Of a DNA stretch of 64,000 bases, positions 59,400 to 64,000 are shown piece after piece. The DNA lies in assembly GCA_951406725.2 (NCBI GenBank), contig OX597830.1, forward strand, positions 3,224,001 through 3,288,000. Direction: 5' to 3'. The notes under the pieces were generated by a model that made no database searches, was not told where the DNA came from, and was given only the letters and a program-made list of their open reading frames with translations. The translations under genes were made by a program, and so were the position numbers. Every line of letters begins with the position of its first letter. Within the stretch, counting starts at the first letter, position 1. This DNA comes from Octopus vulgaris (taxonomy: Eukaryota).

Positions 59400-62137
59400 T
59401 AATATAGGAAAATGGATAGAATGCCATAGATCCAAGGTTGGCAACACTGACCATCAAGGTCACTTGTCTTTACGCAAGTGTTTTTGTTCCATCTACAGAC
59501 ACATGCTTAGAGTAATTCTTTTCACTCTAACCATTTACTCCATTCCTCACTTTTTTCTTTCAAAGTGGAACTTTAAAATGTTAACGAGGGCTTGACTGAA
59601 GTGAGAAAGTTTGTCTTCAATTCTTCTCATCCTCTTCTTCAAAGGCCCAAGACATAGAGAAACACAATGGACACAGCTGATAGCCAAATGCATCTTACAT
59701 ACAACTATTTTCTGAATCTAGTAATAATACTTCTTTCTAAGTAGGACACAAGGCCAACAATTTTGAGGGGAAGGGGAAAGTCAAGTGTATTGGCCCCAGT
59801 ATATCACTGGTATTTATTTTACTGATCCACAAAAGATGAAAGGCAAAGTTGACCTCAGTGGCATTTGAACTCTGTAAAAAGCCAGAAGAAATGCCAGTAA
59901 GCATTTTGTCCAACATGATAACAAAAAGTCTGCTAGTTTGTCTCCTTAATAAGGACAATAATCTCTTTTGGTTTCTATTTTTATAGTTTATTTTTATTTA
60001 TCTTTTAAAATAATAAAAATAACATTTGTATATAATACACATAATTTGACAGTATAAGATGGATATACAAAAAAAACAAAACTTTTTTATAATTTTAAAT
60101 GTCAGGCACATTGCATAGTGTAGCCCCTGATACGTAAGAAGAAACGTCATGTTTATTGCTGGAATGAGTTTTTATATAAGGCCTACTTAATGAGACTGTG
60201 TTGACTGAAGGAATTTTTATGCAATAATCAGCAACATCCTCTGAGAAGTAGCTGAACTGTTAGAAATAACAGCTAAATCACCTTCAAATTGCACATTATT
60301 GTATTACAAATAAAGGAAGATCACAATGAACAATGTAATCCCTGATACACACAAAGATAAGTTTTTACTGATGATGTTGCTGCCTGCTATATCTTATCTT
60401 CATCATGTTTTTGTAATTTCCTTTGGTTTGGCTCTTAACCTGATTGTGGCTCTGCCTAGCATTCATAAATTTCTCTTTGTTTTCTGGAGTTTTACCAATA
60501 GAATATGTGTGTACATGTACATGTGTGTATGTGATATAATACATATACATATATATATATGCACATAAAAACCGATAAAGAATACAGCACCATTTCTGCA
60601 CTTATCCTCCTTACATATTGCAAACTGTAGACACAGTTTCTTTCTTTTACTTCACATCAAACAGTATCTTTGCAGAGTGCGGTAAAGGCTAAATGCTTTC
60701 ATTTCATCTTTAAGCCTTTGGGAGAGACCATTTCATATTATTTAAATAATATACCATGTATATTTAGCAATTTTCTTGTTGTAATCTATAATTCCATTCT
60801 ATGTTGCTTTTGTCGGAACACAAGGATAATTGATGAGTCATCCTTATGCTGGAATTAAATCAACATGAATTTTGATCTTCCCGATCGATAAAAGGAATTT
60901 ATCTTCATTTTTGTAAAGTCTCTAAGAGGAATATTTGATATGTCACAAACATGTAATGGAACCAAATTGGTGTGGAATATTGCCTGCATAAGTTGCATTG
61001 ATAGCTGCATGAATAAATAGAACAGACAGAGAGTGGAATCATCACAAGTATTTTAATACTTACTCTCTAGAGAGCTTCACTTGCCAAGGCAGCTAGTCAG
61101 ATAGTCAACTAACAAACAGAAGATTTCAACAAAGTGATAATGAAATCCCATGTGGAAATGACTAAGAAACCAAGAGAAGGATATGATATATGGTTCCATG
61201 TTATCTTTTACCAGTTCCAAGATATGTTTAAGTTCGTATCTATTAAGATGTTAATTTTAAATCATGGTTTATAAATTGTAGTTTATGATCTAAAATAGAA
61301 TTTCTCATATTCTCCCCTTTATTAATTTATTTTATCAAGCTAACATTACAATCATTATTTTCCTAACGAATTTAATCATATTCTGTATCTCGTATTACAA
61401 TTTTTAAGACGATTCCTATCTTTAATGGCATCTTGGTTTCCACTTGTAAATTTATCTTCATATGTTTAGATATTTGTTACATAAGTAAAATGATCAGAAC
61501 ACATAATAAAATCTTTCCTCTATGAATATTAAACAGTCTAAAGTTACAAAATGAAAGCCAGTCCAGTATTTAAAATCAGATTTGTTATTGAAATTTGTTA
61601 ACAGCACAGAGACACATATGTGGATGTATATATGTGTATATGCATGACCATATGTATGAAAATATGTACTTACCTATGTATGTACAAGTATATGCATGTC
61701 TATGTATGTATGTGTGTGTGTATGCATGTGAGTGTATGTATGTATGTATGTATGTGTATGCAGGTTCTCTTCTGTTTCTAATTATGGAAATTCTTCCTCT
61801 GAGAAAGGAGCTGGTCTCTAACAAATATACAAAGTTTCATCATTGGAATGTAGGTAACAAAAAAATCACCTTTTAAACTTGAGAAAAGTTTTGCACATTT
61901 ATACTGATAATCCTGAGGAGACAAACACAAGAAGCTACAGTGATGTGGAGGCCTTACAGACTGTATTTGTATTGTGTGTGAGTCAGTTTGTTGATTTCTT
62001 TTTCAAAAATTCCAAGTTTATCCAGACTGTCAATTAGGCATTTGATCACAAAACCAAGGATAACAATTATTACTGGAAGAAATATAAATTTGTATCATCA
62101 TATAAACGTTAAAGGTTTCGAAGTGACTGTCCATAGT

Positions 62138-62268
62138 TATGTATGTATGTATGTATGTATGTATGTATGTATGTACGTATGTATGTACGTATGTATGTAC
62201 GTATGTATGTACGTACGTATGTACATACGTATGTATTGATGTACGTATGTATGTACATATATACGTAT
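62138..62268 (+). repeat. (TATG)n/(TACG) microsatellite
   Basis: Direct reading of the sequence. Confidence 0.93.
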
Positions 62269-62859
62269 GCAGGCAGGCATATATCTTTGCATATACACAT
62301 GCACAAATACCATTGGTTTGTGGATTTTGTTACATGTTGAATTGTATAAATGTTTGCCTTTGATAGATTCTTATCTGTAATCTTCTACTGAGGCATGTTA
62401 CTTCTGCTTTTGTGAATCCCAACTTCTGAAGATTGGTATGAAAGCAGTTAGTCACATTGTCGATTATCACAATAATTATTAGTAGAAATCTAAAATTGTA
62501 TTCTCGATGGAATGCTCACAGACTTCTCATCAGTTTACCAAAGTTGTTTTCCTTTTCCACCAATCTTTAAACTTATGTTGACGTCAGCACTGAGAAACTA
62601 ATTTCAATTACTGCACATCCTTACTTTTCTTCATCCCGGATCACTATATTTGGACTCCTATTCTAGCATTTTACAGAAGTTTTGATTTGCAGTGGTAATC
62701 TTTCAAATTATCTAAGATTATGGCCTCCACATCACCGTAGCCTCTTATGTTTGTCTCCCCAGGATTATGCTTCCAGTAGATTTCATTCTATAATGTTCTA
62801 GCCATGATATACTGTCCCCTTTGTCGATAATAACCAGATGAAATTATCTAACAGCTACT

Positions 62860-63675
62860 TACGAGGTGACATCAAAAAATTCCTGGACTAGTTTTGCTGT
62901 GCACCAACAGGTGGCAGCACATGGTTACATGCTCAGTGAGGGCTAACAGTGAAATTTATGAGGCAGCGTACCTTGTGATATTACTGTGTTTACTTCACAA
63001 GTTGTGAAATTTGTGGTGTTGTGATCACATGTAATACTGTAGTCTGTGGTTTTGCCATGGACAGGAACAAAGAACTAACAGGAAATTTTGTGAATTCTGC
63101 TCCAGAGACATTGATCATGCTCTGGCAAGCTTACAGCGACGTGGCAATGGGTCATACATAACGTCCTGAGGGGCACAGGTGCTTCAAAAGTGAAAGGACA
63201 TCACTGGAAGATGAGGAGTGATCTGGAAGACATGCCACGAGCATCACCCCCGGAAATGTTGTATTGTGCATTGAGAATTTGTTCCCCAGGGCCAGATCAT
63301 CAACTGAGAGTTCTAATTGGATCCTTCACAATAATAATGCACCCTGCTATGGAGCTCTCCATAGTGAGTTTCTTACCAAAAACCACTAGGTATCATTTCT
63401 ACCCTATTTGTCAGATGTAGCATCTTCGCCAAGATGAAAATGCAGCGCAAAAGTTGTCATTTTAATGCCTTGTTGAGACCCAGAGTGAATCATAGAAGGT
63501 CCTCAACTCATTAGGGAAGACGACTTCCAGGCTGGATTCCAAAACTGACTGGAACGCAGGTACCAGTGTATTACTGTGCAAGGTGACTATTTTGGTAGAG
63601 ATGATAAAACTTTTGTAAATAAGTTATTTTTTATTAAACAGAACTAATCCTGGAACTTTTTGATACCACCTCATA
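62860..63675 (+). mobile_element. Internally deleted mariner element with TIRs
   Basis: TIRs tacgaggtgacatcaaaaaattcctggactagtt vs reverse complement tatgaggtggtatcaaaaagttccaggattagtt. The internal peptide SAPETLIMLWQAYSDVAM...FKSERTSLEDEE*SGR matches the mariner HTH region. Confidence 0.85.
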
Positions 63676-64000
63676 TGATGTGGTGATATCCTCAGTGTTA
63701 ATTTCACAGACGCTACATAGCTGCAGCTGTATCTGTATCCCTTATGTGCATCAATTATTTTGCAGTTACTTCCTGCTCTATATTGCAAAAGTATATCCTT
63801 TTGAGTGATAGCTGATATCCTAGTGTTTTTTGTATGCTCTTGAGAAGGGATGACTAACTTACTTGAACAATTTCTTCGAGACCTCTCACAGGACACACAT
63901 CTATGACATTATGCACATATTATGTGTCAATATGGTTACAGTGTAAGTTATGGCTGTCTTGAAACAGCTTTAGACATAAAATTTTACATAATACTTCTGC

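Noticed and set aside
13841-62363. Many ORFs rich in YI/CV/HT/SL/I/S runs (e.g. 14080-14424, 28125-28555, 29534-30718, 56018-56653, 58307-58614, 62109-62363)
   Set aside because: They are translations of (TA), (GT), (CT), (TAT) and (TAG) microsatellites, not genes.

Overview
AT-rich, microsatellite-dense eukaryotic DNA. The SINE/LINE repertoire suggests an octopus/coleoid cephalopod genome; this is inference, not a database match. No host protein-coding gene could be identified, and the window reads as intronic or intergenic DNA built from layered mobile elements. These are: a truncated Helitron helicase ORF with an intact hairpin-CTAG 3' end and a matching non-autonomous Helitron; three long and many short copies of an RTE-clade LINE whose ORF carries a C4HC3 PHD-like finger just after the RT core; a Tc3-like transposon with TIRs; mariner, maT and Tigger-like relics and MITEs; and several tRNA-derived SINE families, one copy with a 15-bp TSD. 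The most notable observation is a set of ~170-200-bp elements, sitting in (TA)n/(GT)n tracts, that each carry a minimal Type-I hammerhead-ribozyme motif; two copies show a compensatory base-pair change in stem I. Most ORFs in the supplied track are microsatellite or antisense artefacts.
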